IMG/VR virus record: IMGVR_UViG_3300024346_000008 | Location: 99,935 to 163,934 of that record | Reading direction: 5' to 3' (one strand) | DNA length: 64,000 nucleotides | Source of the DNA: a virus | Part shown: one piece after another, positions 9,707-19,955 of the stretch | Layout of the letters: each line of letters begins with the position of its first letter | How positions within the stretch are numbered: position 1 is the stretch's first letter | Translations under genes and position numbers: made by a program | The notes under the pieces: generated by a model | Database searches by the model: none | What the model was told of the DNA's origin: nothing | The model's input: only the letters and a program-made list of their open reading frames with translations

Positions 9707-10356
9707 AACGTATTATATTGAGTTTTAATTTGATGAAACTGCTCTGTTGACAAGTATTGCAGAGGTTTGTGATATCCCAAGGTTCCTAGTTGGAAAATTG
9801 TTTCCACACTAAACTGTGAGGCGACATCACGAGGCGCCAATTTTCCAATATTGAAGTCGTGCATTTTCTCACAGAAAAAAACATCTTCGCCTTTATTATA
9901 TTCCCATTTGAATCGGTTAAGTACTTCTAACATTATTTCTGGAGTTCTTAGTGATAACCCACCGTTACAACAAAATGGATAATATACTGGATGGTTTGTA
10001 GGTAACGGTGCCCCAACAAAATCATATTCATAAAATTCTTCAATCCCATTTCGTAAGAGGCCACTGTCTCTTTGAAATATTAAAATTTTATCGTAGTTGG
10101 TAAAATGTTTCCAAAAAAATTGTCCATCTTCGTGCGTTAATAACATATTATATCCATGCACAGTATTATCCATCAAAGTTACAGGTAATACATTTACATT
10201 CGGTAATAAAGAAGAATACTGGTTGATATATTTATCATCAGTGAATATAAAATATTCAGTATTTTCTGGTAGATGTGGTACGTGGTTCTGAAACGTACTT
10301 ACCATATCTTCGAAAAAACGTGTTTCTACGATTGCTGCACATAATTTAACTGTCAT
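9703..10356 (-). CDS. DUF5672-like putative glycosyltransferase
   Basis: LIFQRDS, YDFVGAP, NGGLSLR, EDVFF and FSVE...GYHK motifs. Confidence 0.78.
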   Translation of the reverse strand: MTVKLCAAIVETRFFEDMVSTFQNHVPHLPENTEYFIFTDDKYINQYSSLLPNVNVLPVTLMDNTVHGYNMLLTHEDGQFFWKHFTNYDKILIFQRDSGLLRNGIEEFYEYDFVGAPLPTNHPVYYPFCCNGGLSLRTPEIMLEVLNRFKWEYNKGEDVFFCEKMHDFNIGKLAPRDVASQFSVETIFQLGTLGYHKPLQYLSTEQFHQIKTQYNTL

Positions 10357-11318
10357 AAATATGAAATATCTGGTCTTCCGGTTCTTGCTCGGTCAGATAC
10401 CTCTTTGGTTTTAAAATTTATCCCCGCATATTTTTCATATTGTTCAATAGTTCGTTCACTTCCAATTCCATAAATTCCCATTGGAATTTCATTTGTTTGC
10501 ATCAAAAGACTTTCTACTCTTTTAATACTTATATTTTGTAAATGACCCATTTCTCGATAATTGTCATCTGAATAAACTTTTCTGTATGCTCGGTCATGTT
10601 TATGATATGCCATATTTTGTCTTGTAGCATAATGATTATATCCATGTGTAAAAGATCGAACCGCCAAGGTAATTTCTTCACCTAGAAAAAACATATCTGG
10701 GTCATACGGAACATCTCGTATCCATTTACTAGGCCCAAATAAATTACATGCGGTTAAAAAACTATTTAATTCAGGTTGTTCTATATTATCTCTGACATCA
10801 AACATCTGCAACAATAAACTTCCATAAAACTCCGTTGCTCTAGGAACTGCTCGCTTGGAAGAATCTCCCGCCCATTCATTGTTACCGTCTGGTGGGTTCC
10901 ACTGAGATGCTGCACACGATAACAGTGCCTTACTATCGTTCGTTTGATAAAATTGATCAATTAAAATTTCATCCCAATTCTTAATCACAGACATGTGTGA
11001 ATCAATTAACCAAAAAAATTTTTCATCTGTGCGTAGTTCAAACGCTAAACTTCTTGCCCAACACGCTCCCTTTGATTCTTTTGCTGGAACTTTTATTACT
11101 TTCATATTTACACCAAATGAAGGAAGTTTATCAACTTCTTCATCGCCACGTTGCCAACAAATACCTAACGTAATATTTTCCGGGTACTTGGCATTTTTGA
11201 CAATCGACTCAATTGTATATGAAAGTAATGGATCACGGTAACTTGCTATATTTACAAATATTTTATTAGTTGATTGATCTATCATATTGGTAATATCCTT
11301 TCCATACGGTTTATCCAT
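10353..11318 (-). CDS. GT60-family (Skp1/polypeptide alpha-GlcNAc transferase-like) glycosyltransferase, copy 2 (likely start 11285)
   Basis: IFVNIASYRDP, SKGACWAR, IDSH and FLGEEI motifs; ATGA overlap with copy 1. Confidence 0.85.
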   Translation of the reverse strand: MDKPYGKDITNMIDQSTNKIFVNIASYRDPLLSYTIESIVKNAKYPENITLGICWQRGDEEVDKLPSFGVNMKVIKVPAKESKGACWARSLAFELRTDEKFFWLIDSHMSVIKNWDEILIDQFYQTNDSKALLSCAASQWNPPDGNNEWAGDSSKRAVPRATEFYGSLLLQMFDVRDNIEQPELNSFLTACNLFGPSKWIRDVPYDPDMFFLGEEITLAVRSFTHGYNHYATRQNMAYHKHDRAYRKVYSDDNYREMGHLQNISIKRVESLLMQTNEIPMGIYGIGSERTIEQYEKYAGINFKTKEVSDRARTGRPDISYL

Positions 11319-12538
11319 CCTTTTGATTTTGAATGGGGCCAGAATATATATTTGTAAGGTTTTTTAATTGTATTAAATTCTCTCCAAATTTTAATATATT
11401 CTTGACTATTTGTTTTTAATTGCTGTATTTCATCTTCCGATACATCTTTCCGATATAATTCCATTCCATCAATATCTTCAAACGCTGTTACCCATACATC
11501 GTAATCATTTTCTGGCACTTCGTTAAATCCAATATCAATACAATGTTTAAAAATCGTAAGCCACGACTTTTCGTATTCCTCTTCTACAGAATACTGCGGA
11601 TTTGGGGGTAATTTATTATCAAGTGTATATTGTTGAACTGCTCGTTTTTTAAATGAGATTCCGGCATATTTTTCATATTCATTCAATGTTCTGATAGTAC
11701 CGAATCCATATTTCCCAAAGTCTATATTCTGAACTTCGCCATCCATACCAAACAATGTTCTATTTCGTAAATGTGATGTTTTGTTTAGTTCACCCCACGT
11801 TGGATCATCGTCCCATTGCTTAGTTCTTCCTTTTCGTGTATATTCATGCCACGCTATAATTTTGTGTGGATGGAATAAGTCATATCCATGAGTATATGCT
11901 CGTGCAGCAATTGATATTTCTTCTCCATGAAAATAATATTTAGGATCGTGCTGAACTTCGTTTGCAAATTGACCAAGTGTAAATGCAAAATGCGCAGAAT
12001 AAAATCTTGCGGGAATTGGGCAGTCCAATTCAGCGTAGTTGTCAATACTGGATGGTAGAAAAAATACCGCACCTTCTGGAATGAATCTATCAAAATTCAT
12101 TTTCCATGGCGTTGCTTCTCTACCAGCGGGGTCATTTTCTGGATTAAATGATGATATATAACTGGTTAGTAAAGGCTTGGCATATCCTTTTTGCTGAAGT
12201 TGCTTTACCATAGTAATACATTCTACGTCCCAGTTTTTTATAAATCTATGGTGGGAGTCTAGTTGTAATGTATATTTTTCATTATTATATAACTGCTGTA
12301 TCTTATTTCGTGCCCAACAGGCCCCTTTAGATTCTGTAAATGGGATATCTAATATTTTGAATCTAGGGTCATCCGCAAATTCTTTTAGTGAATCCCACGT
12401 ATCGTCAACAGAATGTTGCCACGCAATTCCAAATATTAAATTTTTTGGATATTTTGCGTTACTTAAACAATCCTTTATCGTTGGAATTAATTGTGGATCA
12501 CGATATGATGCAATTTGAATAAAAATTGTATTTTTCAT
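11282..12538 (-). CDS. GT60-family glycosyltransferase, copy 1, with extra C-terminal domain
   Basis: IFIQIASYRDP, SKGACWAR, LQLDSHHRF, FHGEEI and HEYTR motifs. Confidence 0.88.
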   Translation of the reverse strand: MKNTIFIQIASYRDPQLIPTIKDCLSNAKYPKNLIFGIAWQHSVDDTWDSLKEFADDPRFKILDIPFTESKGACWARNKIQQLYNNEKYTLQLDSHHRFIKNWDVECITMVKQLQQKGYAKPLLTSYISSFNPENDPAGREATPWKMNFDRFIPEGAVFFLPSSIDNYAELDCPIPARFYSAHFAFTLGQFANEVQHDPKYYFHGEEISIAARAYTHGYDLFHPHKIIAWHEYTRKGRTKQWDDDPTWGELNKTSHLRNRTLFGMDGEVQNIDFGKYGFGTIRTLNEYEKYAGISFKKRAVQQYTLDNKLPPNPQYSVEEEYEKSWLTIFKHCIDIGFNEVPENDYDVWVTAFEDIDGMELYRKDVSEDEIQQLKTNSQEYIKIWREFNTIKKPYKYIFWPHSKSKGWINRMERILPI

Positions 12539-12583
12539 TTATATAACCTTTTATACTAGTGGAAGTGATTAATATTTAATCTA

Positions 12584-13546
12584 TTAACAACCGTGTGGAC
12601 ATTGTGAATATCCAAATTGAGGACTATCGCATGCTTCACCTTGATACGCTGATACCTCAAAGCACGGTGCCAACTCACCCAATTCCGGTTGCACTGTACA
12701 ACATAATGTAATAAGTGGAATTGTATTAGTTGGTGTGTTAGTTGGTGTATTTGTTGGTGTTGGTGTGTTAGTTGGCGTATTTAGTGGCGTATTTGTTGGC
12801 GTATTTGTTGGCGTATTTTGTGGTGTATTTGTTGGCGTATTTGTCGGTGTATTTGATAGAGTTGGCGTATTAGTTGGTGTATTAGTTGGCGTTGCCGCTA
12901 ACGGTGTATTAGTTGGCGTTGCCGCTAACGGTGTATTAGTTGGTGTCCGTGTTGGCGTATTGGTTGGTGTTGCTGCTAATGGCGTATTTGTTGGTGTTGC
13001 TGCTAATGGCGTATTTGTTGGTGTTCGTGTTGGGGTATTGGTTGGCGTATTAGTTGGCGTATTGGTTGGTGTTGCTCCTGGCGGAGTATTTGTTGGTGTA
13101 TTTGTCGGCGTTGGTGTATTGGTTGGCGTATTAGTTGGCGTTGCCGCTAACGGTGTATTAGTTGGTGTTGGCGTATTTGTTGGTGTTCGTGTTGGCGTTG
13201 CCGTTGGTGTTGCTGTTGGTGTTGATGTTGGTGTTGGCGTAGCTGTTGGTGTTGCTGTTGGTGTTGCCGTTGGTGTTGCTGTTGGTGTTGATGTGGGTGT
13301 TGATGTTGGTGCGGGTACATAACACAAAAAATAATTGCGTGTTTTTGCTGCAATTAATGTATAATTTACTTCGGTATATCCACTTGGGCACGACGAGGAT
13401 GCAATTCCCGCTACACCTGGTTGCCCATATGATGCGGTTAGTGCATAGGCAGGTATCAAGCTTGAACTGTCGATGGCATTTACCCGACTTGCTGTTGCTG
13501 CATAGGAACTAGTAGATGGAATACCAAATGGAAAAAATATACTCAT
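12584..13546 (-). CDS. Mucin-like Thr/Pro-rich virion protein with Cys-rich ends
   Basis: About 200 aa of TPT[NAS]/TPLAA repeats; FFPFG...SSYA N-terminal motif shared with neighbours; C-terminal 6-Cys domain. Confidence 0.8.
   Translation of the reverse strand: MSIFFPFGIPSTSSYAATASRVNAIDSSSLIPAYALTASYGQPGVAGIASSSCPSGYTEVNYTLIAAKTRNYFLCYVPAPTSTPTSTPTATPTATPTATPTATPTPTSTPTATPTATPTRTPTNTPTPTNTPLAATPTNTPTNTPTPTNTPTNTPPGATPTNTPTNTPTNTPTRTPTNTPLAATPTNTPLAATPTNTPTRTPTNTPLAATPTNTPLAATPTNTPTNTPTLSNTPTNTPTNTPQNTPTNTPTNTPLNTPTNTPTPTNTPTNTPTNTIPLITLCCTVQPELGELAPCFEVSAYQGEACDSPQFGYSQCPHGC
12724..13316. repeat. Degenerate 12-bp/27-bp coding tandem repeats (TPTN / TPLAATPTN)
   Basis: gttggcgtatt-type repeats read directly. 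Confidence 0.9.
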
Positions 13547-13731
13547 ACGAACCCAATCCCCGAAGCAGAAACTGTTCTTGCTGCGGGACCAGTTGGTCCC
13601 ACATACGTAATTGAAAATTGTGCAAGTGATGCAGATGCAGGTGTTGGACCCAATAAAGTAGTTGCATAACTTGCACTCACTGCATATGAACTACTAAATG
13701 GTATACCCAACGGGAAAAAACGAATCGTCAT
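13543..13731 (-). CDS. Small virion protein (FFPLG-SSSYA family)
   Basis: N-terminus paralogous to 12584-13546 and 13741-13983. Confidence 0.7.
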   Translation of the reverse strand: MTIRFFPLGIPFSSSYAVSASYATTLLGPTPASASLAQFSITYVGPTGPAARTVSASGIGFV

Positions 13732-13740
13732 ATAAATACT

Positions 13741-13983
13741 CTAATCAAAATTACAAATTTCAACATACCCATCCCCTATTCCTGCTTTTAATATTTCATA
13801 TTGCGCTGCCGTTATTATACACACACTTTTTCCCCGTGACCCTGATTGTGGGAATAATACGATTCCTGCTGTAGATGCGGATACGACCGATTTAATAAAA
13901 CTTGCCGAAATTGCGCAAGATGCGGTCACTGCATAGGATGCGGTATATAACGACCCCGAACCAAATGGATACACTGATAACAT
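13741..13983 (-). CDS. Small virion protein (YPFG-ASYA family)
   Basis: N-terminal motif shared with the two downstream ORFs. Confidence 0.7.
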   Translation of the reverse strand: MLSVYPFGSGSLYTASYAVTASCAISASFIKSVVSASTAGIVLFPQSGSRGKSVCIITAAQYEILKAGIGDGYVEICNFD

Positions 13984-13984
13984 G

Positions 13985-14833
13985 TTAATTTTCTACTGAT
14001 AGTACGTGAATTGATGCCGTCATATTTTGTGCTCCACCGGCAGTTGCCATACTTTGAAATATATAGTATAGTTCATTTGTTCCTTTCGGGACTGTTAATG
14101 AACTTAATATTGTGCCCATGTCCGATAAATTTGCTCCAATAATTTTTGGAATAAAATATGTTGTTTCACTTCCTGTAATAATTGCATCAACAATCAACGA
14201 TTTCATTTGCGATTCCGTTACAAATGACCTATTTTTTTCGGTTGCATCATTGATAGAAGTAGGCGTACTATACAATCGTACACGTGCCGCAGTTGCCGTT
14301 GCATTTAATGACGCACTTACTAATAAGTAGGTCTTTGGAATTGTAGTATTAACAATTGACCCACTAAGTATTTGTCCCACACTTAAATTTCCTGTAATAT
14401 TTGGTAATGATATTCTATTACTCGTACTTATTACTGAATCTTCCAACAAATATGTGTTGAATGTTAGATTTGGATATTGCCCCGACCCCGTATTATCTAC
14501 CCGATAATAGGTCAGTTTTGTATTAGCAGGAGTTACTACCCCGTACATCACAGGATCAATCGTATAGGTACCGACGCTCATTGTAAAATCACCAATCAAT
14601 GCCACTGAGCTTGAAATATTTGTATTACCAAAATTTCTACTTTGTTCACCCGAATTATTGAGACTATCTAACGTATCATATAATCGAACTCTGCATGGGA
14701 AATTTGTTTGAATATTAAGCAATGCATAAGCAGACCCCAACTCCACAGACCCCGAACCAATAATATCAGTTTGTGTGGTTGTTGATTGTCTGACTAATTT
14801 AGCGCCTAATTTAATGTATTCTTTTAATCCCAT
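13985..14833 (-). CDS. Virion structural protein with an internal duplication
   Basis: Two halves each contain SGS...Y.L....RVRLY.T..S.....E..R.F. Confidence 0.7.
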   Translation of the reverse strand: MGLKEYIKLGAKLVRQSTTTQTDIIGSGSVELGSAYALLNIQTNFPCRVRLYDTLDSLNNSGEQSRNFGNTNISSSVALIGDFTMSVGTYTIDPVMYGVVTPANTKLTYYRVDNTGSGQYPNLTFNTYLLEDSVISTSNRISLPNITGNLSVGQILSGSIVNTTIPKTYLLVSASLNATATAARVRLYSTPTSINDATEKNRSFVTESQMKSLIVDAIITGSETTYFIPKIIGANLSDMGTILSSLTVPKGTNELYYIFQSMATAGGAQNMTASIHVLSVEN

Positions 14834-14880
14834 ATATAATCAGTATAAGTTCTTTAGTATAACTAGTTCACAGTTATGTT

Positions 14881-15090
14881 TTAATACGTGGTTGTTACCC
14901 ATGCCGATCCATTCCAAAATTTTACAGGTTTTGTAACCCATGCTGCGCCTGTCCATACTTTCATAGGCTTTGCCACAAATGCTGCTCCTGTCCAGACTTT
15001 AATTTGTCCGGTGGTTCCGCCAGCATCCGCAAGTGAAATGTCAAAGGTACCCGTACCATTATCGCGGAGTTGAATGTCAAAGACTGCCAT
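14881..15090 (-). CDS. Small tail-tip-like protein with three K[VF]W[TN]GxA[WF]V repeats
   Basis: Repeats read directly; fibre-gene context. Confidence 0.65.
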   Translation of the reverse strand: MAVFDIQLRDNGTGTFDISLADAGGTTGQIKVWTGAAFVAKPMKVWTGAAWVTKPVKFWNGSAWVTTTY

Positions 15091-15093
15091 AAA

Positions 15094-17064
15094 TTATGCC
15101 GCACTACCAGTGGCCGACCGACCAATTAATACACTACTTTCCTGTGCTTCTGTATATACCATACCAACCTTATCATACCACGGAATATTATATGTTCCGT
15201 TTCCTGCTCGCGAGGCAGTCCCAATCACTAAATTGTTTGCATCATCGTGCGCAGTAATTACTACCGTTCCACCGCCACTATTGGTAATAGTGCCCGCAAT
15301 TGAAGACGTAATAGCATGATAAGTTGCCATCATATACGATTGAAAAATTGCACCGTTGGTGGTACTTACTTGTAAATTCGTATCATACCGATAATTTCGG
15401 GCAGTTTCAATATCTAACCGATTCGTATCTGGGTCTGTTGGCCACCGTTTCATATCATCTCGGGCCCGTGCAAACATAACAGAGGGTGATATTTCTGCCA
15501 CACTTTGGTAGATGAAATTGTAGAATGGACGAAATCCCGCTCCTTCACCTTCTCCTGCTTGCACTTCTCCGAGAAATGCTGCACCAATTGTTCCTGCTGC
15601 TGTGCCAAATGGCATTAAAATTAATTGATATCCTGCACCGGTTAACCAATAATTAGTTTCGGGAATAATGGGTGTAGTGGTACTTGCTAATTGAACACGC
15701 ATACCTACCGTAGTCGTAGTCCATCCCGTAACATATGGCGTAATTCCCCAAATTGTCGTATGGTTGTGGACCCCATCACCATCCGGATGTATATCACTAC
15801 TATAATTTAAATATAATAACGCGGACATATTGGATGGAATTGTTCCCAGTGTTGTTCCCGTTGCAAACCAATCTACAACCAGTTCACTCTCCTTTCCTCT
15901 TGCTAATGTCATTCCTGCAACACCGCCAACACCACCCGCATCAATTCTACGCATATGTGTTACTGCTCCTGCGCGAGGGCTTGCGGCAGCATGCGCATAT
16001 ACACGACTTGCTTGACTTCCTACACGGAAATCAACGCTCATTGCTCCCGACCCTGCGTATGCCGCTAAAATACCCGATTGTTCTAAGGTAATTGTGCCCG
16101 GTTCTTGAATATTGAATTTACGAGAAAATCGTGATTTGTCATTAGTCGTTGAACCTCCACTTAATCCAGATTCGTCCGTAACAACAACTTGTATACTATT
16201 CATAACTCGGGTACTAGTACTATGGTTATATTCATAGGTTACGACCAATACCCCAGAAAAACATGGCGTTGGTCGTGCGGTTGCCAATGTACATCTTGCT
16301 TGTATACTCTGTGCCGCCGCCGTGGAAAACGAGCCCGAAATTGAATCAATTCTCCGATAGGAAATGTCGGTGTTTAGTGTTGATGCATATGTTAAATCTG
16401 CAAACGTGGTAGTTCCACCGTCATATGATACATCCAAGGTAGAGGTAGTAACCACGGAGGCACCAGTATGTACCAACATTTCAAAAAATATACTTCGGTA
16501 CACTTTGCTTGCTTCGGGCAGAAATGTATTTAACGCAGGAATTTGACTTGCTAATCCACCGACGTTCGCATATGCATTTGTTAACGCACCGTTGTTTCCG
16601 TCTATAGGTATTTTAACCGTTTTAATACGAGTGGTTGCGGCACTATCATCGTATTCATAGGTAATAATAATTTTAGCAGAAGCATTTTGTGTTACGTTTC
16701 CTGTGTTTGTTATACCTACGGTGACCGTTTGACTTGTGCCTGTGAAGTTTGTTTGGAAATATGCGGTGGCGTCACGCAAAAAATGAAAACTTTGATTTTC
16801 ACCACTATTCGTAATAGTTTGTGTGACCGTGTTTGCACTAACCGCAACTGCACCAATTTGCACGTTGGTTAATATTGCGGTTGTACTTGCTGCGGCAGCG
16901 CCACCATCTTGCGAAGAAAAATCAACAATAACACTGCGAAATGTTCTGCTGGTTGTTTCGGGAATATTCACGGTTATTGCGGTAAATGTTCGCAATGTTG
17001 CAGATGCCACTGATGCTGTACTTAATGGAAACGCATATTCAATTGTTTTAGTTCGTAATGCCAT
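15094..17064 (-). CDS. Putative virion structural / receptor-binding protein (656 aa)
   Basis: Thr/Ala/Gly-rich and beta-rich; lies within the fibre cluster. Confidence 0.7.
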   Translation of the reverse strand: MALRTKTIEYAFPLSTASVASATLRTFTAITVNIPETTSRTFRSVIVDFSSQDGGAAAASTTAILTNVQIGAVAVSANTVTQTITNSGENQSFHFLRDATAYFQTNFTGTSQTVTVGITNTGNVTQNASAKIIITYEYDDSAATTRIKTVKIPIDGNNGALTNAYANVGGLASQIPALNTFLPEASKVYRSIFFEMLVHTGASVVTTSTLDVSYDGGTTTFADLTYASTLNTDISYRRIDSISGSFSTAAAQSIQARCTLATARPTPCFSGVLVVTYEYNHSTSTRVMNSIQVVVTDESGLSGGSTTNDKSRFSRKFNIQEPGTITLEQSGILAAYAGSGAMSVDFRVGSQASRVYAHAAASPRAGAVTHMRRIDAGGVGGVAGMTLARGKESELVVDWFATGTTLGTIPSNMSALLYLNYSSDIHPDGDGVHNHTTIWGITPYVTGWTTTTVGMRVQLASTTTPIIPETNYWLTGAGYQLILMPFGTAAGTIGAAFLGEVQAGEGEGAGFRPFYNFIYQSVAEISPSVMFARARDDMKRWPTDPDTNRLDIETARNYRYDTNLQVSTTNGAIFQSYMMATYHAITSSIAGTITNSGGGTVVITAHDDANNLVIGTASRAGNGTYNIPWYDKVGMVYTEAQESSVLIGRSATGSAA

Positions 17065-17079
17065 AGATAAATCCCGATA

Positions 17080-17256
17080 TTATAAGGTATCTCTTCGTAC
17101 TACTTTAATAATGAATTGTGGAACTTCGGTATCCTCGTAGGTGATAATAATTTTCCATAATTCATCTTCTATATAATCTCTAAACAGTATTGGTGTTGCT
17201 GGTGTCAACATTGCTTCATCTACCAACTCCCCAATTTTTTGTGCAAGTAAGCTCAT
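17080..17256 (-). CDS. Hypothetical 58-aa protein (MSLLAQKIGELVDEAML...)
   Basis: My translation; fills the gap between two genes and has an AGGA SD-like sequence upstream. Confidence 0.6.
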   Translation of the reverse strand: MSLLAQKIGELVDEAMLTPATPILFRDYIEDELWKIIITYEDTEVPQFIIKVVRRDTL

Positions 17257-17268
17257 ATATGTGTCCTA

Positions 17269-19536
17269 TTAATTAGTATCCACCCACAAGTCATTGACTG
17301 ATGGACTTGCAGGAGCAGTTGTTCCAACGGTAAGTTTTAATGTTGACGGGCTGAAATGTGTTAACGCTCCAGTAAACGACCCCGTAACCGAACCCGTTAC
17401 CGATGATGCACTCACACTACCGTTCACGGTTAATGTATTTTGTAAATTTGTCGTAACTCCAATTCCCACATTTCCACTAGCACTAATAAACATTCGTGTG
17501 GTACTATCACTACTTGGTCCACCAGCAAACAATCGCACGTTAGATGACGCAATCGGTGATGCGTTTCCAAGATGTAATTCACCAACACTTGATGTAAGAT
17601 ACAAGTATCCATCACTTGGTCCACCCACCAATCCACCATTGTACGTGGTACTATTGATACCCATGTTAATATAGTTACCAAAATCTGTGGTAATATCATT
17701 ACCCGCTACGAAGTCGGCACTTGCATTATTTCCAGCATTTACATTATTGATTTTTACTTCAAAGAAATTATTAATTGAACCCGTGATTGCTAATGGAGTT
17801 AATATTGAACTAGAGATTAATAAAGATCCTGTAATAATTGCACTTCCACTAAATGGAAATCCATTACCAGACGCACCACCCACAGATGCGGTCGTGAATA
17901 TTTTATTGGTGGCCGTATTTAATACTAATACTTTATTAGCAGATGTTGTGTCGGTTACATTTACTAATTGAACATGTGAACCGGTAATGATAGAGGCAGA
18001 AACTATCGGGGCGATTACACTAACACCGGCAATGACGTTGCCATCGGCCGTTATTCCACTGGCTTGAATGTCGCCACCCGAAATCGCTTCATTTACTTGA
18101 AGAATGGTTATACTGTCAACCGCAACAGATACACTACTTGTTCCAAATAACGACCCCGTAAATATTCCAGTAAATGAACCTGTAAACGAACCAGTATTAA
18201 TTTGAGATGAACTACTCACTACTCCCTCTGTATTTAATTCTTTCTTCACGCCATCCAAGAAATGAGCCGAACCAGTGTCCAACGTAATTGTTCCAGTGGA
18301 TGTTATCGTACCACCAGTTAAACCATCTCCCGCAACTAATGATGTTATACCACTGCCGGGGGCACTTGGTGCATAAGATGCACTTAAAGCATAACTTGCA
18401 GTGGTAGCAAATGAAGCACTAGTGGCAGTCGTTGCACTTCCGCTAAGCGATCCCGTAATTCCCGCAGTCACCGTCAACGACCCCGTGATTACTGTATTCC
18501 CATTGACTTGTAATTTTGGACTTCCCGCAGTAATTGTTGGAATTTTACCAATTCCAATATAACTTGACGTATAGAATAAATCACCAGACCCGGTACCAAA
18601 TATTATCGTACCATCAGACAATGCCTCAAATACAGGATTACCGTCTGATTTAACTGCTGCTAGTAATGTTCCTGTTAAATTATCATCGACACTAAACAAC
18701 TCTCCCGATTTTCCAATTACTCTAAACACCACTGAACCTGTCGAAGACCCGGTGATAAGTAACGATCCTGTAATAATAGCACTTCCACTATACGGGAATG
18801 CGGCAGCCGTTGGTGCAAAGGACGCAGAGATAGCAACTGACGCTGATTGTGCCCAACTTGCCGTACCAAACGTGGAACCACTATGCGTTCCAATAAACGA
18901 CCCCGTAAAGGAGCCGGTGAACGGCGCCGTTAAGGACGTAAATTGCGTCGAACTAGAAATAACACCTACTTGCATTGGCGCAAAGGACGCAGAGATAGCA
19001 ACTGACGCTGATTGTGCCCAACTTCCTGTTCCGGTAAGAGTGCCAATAAACGACCCCGTGAATGACCCCGTGTTGATTTGTGCGGAACTACTAACTATAC
19101 CCGTGGGCAATCCTGTAGGTAATATATACGACGATGTGGTAGCAACACTACTTGTACCAAATAATGACCCCGTAATACCCCCAGAATTCATTTGCAATGA
19201 TCCTGTGATAAATACACTACCACTAATATCTAAATCCGTAGTAGGATTTGCTTTATCTATACCAATACGACTACCAGTGACGACGAGGGTATTTTTATTA
19301 AATGACCCCATCACGACTCTATCATCACTAAAGACTTCTAGTATGGGTAATCCTGAAATATCATTGACGCTCATCAATGACCCAGATAAGCTATCCGTAA
19401 TACCAAACAGTGATCCCGAATTACCATAGAACGCAATACTACCCGACGTTTCTACCTGTAGTCGGATAGTATTTGCTGCGGAGCCACTGAATTGGATGGA
19501 TGCACTACCTGGGGTAATTAATATATTATTTGGCAC
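17269..19536 (-). CDS. Tail fibre-like protein (755 aa) with TGSF repeats
   Basis: VSSSxQINTGSFTGSF repeats, GNVGIG motif and C-terminal GTTAPASPSVNDLWVDT. Confidence 0.78.
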   Translation of the reverse strand: MPNNILITPGSASIQFSGSAANTIRLQVETSGSIAFYGNSGSLFGITDSLSGSLMSVNDISGLPILEVFSDDRVVMGSFNKNTLVVTGSRIGIDKANPTTDLDISGSVFITGSLQMNSGGITGSLFGTSSVATTSSYILPTGLPTGIVSSSAQINTGSFTGSFIGTLTGTGSWAQSASVAISASFAPMQVGVISSSTQFTSLTAPFTGSFTGSFIGTHSGSTFGTASWAQSASVAISASFAPTAAAFPYSGSAIITGSLLITGSSTGSVVFRVIGKSGELFSVDDNLTGTLLAAVKSDGNPVFEALSDGTIIFGTGSGDLFYTSSYIGIGKIPTITAGSPKLQVNGNTVITGSLTVTAGITGSLSGSATTATSASFATTASYALSASYAPSAPGSGITSLVAGDGLTGGTITSTGTITLDTGSAHFLDGVKKELNTEGVVSSSSQINTGSFTGSFTGIFTGSLFGTSSVSVAVDSITILQVNEAISGGDIQASGITADGNVIAGVSVIAPIVSASIITGSHVQLVNVTDTTSANKVLVLNTATNKIFTTASVGGASGNGFPFSGSAIITGSLLISSSILTPLAITGSINNFFEVKINNVNAGNNASADFVAGNDITTDFGNYINMGINSTTYNGGLVGGPSDGYLYLTSSVGELHLGNASPIASSNVRLFAGGPSSDSTTRMFISASGNVGIGVTTNLQNTLTVNGSVSASSVTGSVTGSFTGALTHFSPSTLKLTVGTTAPASPSVNDLWVDTN

Positions 19537-19603
19537 TCATATTCCTCGTAAAAGTCACGTATATATACATATCAGATATACCCACAAATGTCCTTAAAAT
19601 ACA

Positions 19604-19918
19604 CTACGGTTCTGGCGTTGGCTCAGGTGTTGGTTCTGGTGTCGGCGTTGGCGTTGGTTCCGGAGTCGGTTCTGGCGTTGGAGTTGGTTCCGGTGTTGGT
19701 TCTGGTAGATATTCTAATCCCAACGCGTCACATAATTCATCTTCATCCCATGTTGCCTTACCCTTTACAACGGCAGCAGCAATTAACGCAGTATCCGATA
19801 AATTTGCTTGTGCTTGTAATTGTCCTACATCCGGTACATCGGTATAATAAATAACTTGCACCGCATCGGAATTGACATTTTTACTATAATACATTAGGTA
19901 CTTTAAAAATGTTGGCAT
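19604..19918 (-). CDS. Small protein with C-terminal (EPTP)n mucin-like tail
   Basis: Repeats read directly; has its own upstream promoter-like motif. Confidence 0.7.
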   Translation of the reverse strand: MPTFLKYLMYYSKNVNSDAVQVIYYTDVPDVGQLQAQANLSDTALIAAAVVKGKATWDEDELCDALGLEYLPEPTPEPTPTPEPTPEPTPTPTPEPTPEPTPEP

Positions 19919-19955
19919 GATATGTCTCTACAAATAAAAGGTTGATACTGACTTA

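Noticed and set aside
4944-12538. Interpretation as a host chromosomal LPS/capsule locus
   Set aside because: It has no wzx/wzy or transport genes, and it is co-oriented and embedded between phage virion genes. Host-surface modification by these enzymes cannot be fully excluded.
12724-13316. Possible CRISPR array in the repeat regions (also 30100-31250 and 63650-64000)
   Set aside because: The repeats are in-frame, degenerate at third codon positions and lack unique spacers; no cas genes are present.
12735-13322. 195-aa plus-strand (VGVL/VGVF)n ORF and alternative-frame Gln/His and Asn/Thr ORFs
   Set aside because: These are antisense or frame shadows of the TPTN repeat gene. Repeats lacking stop codons generate them automatically.
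13731-13738. TATTTATA motif overlapping the ATG at 13731
   Set aside because: It overlaps the start codon, unlike the usual 25-40 nt spacing, so it is probably a chance match in an AT-rich 9-nt spacer.
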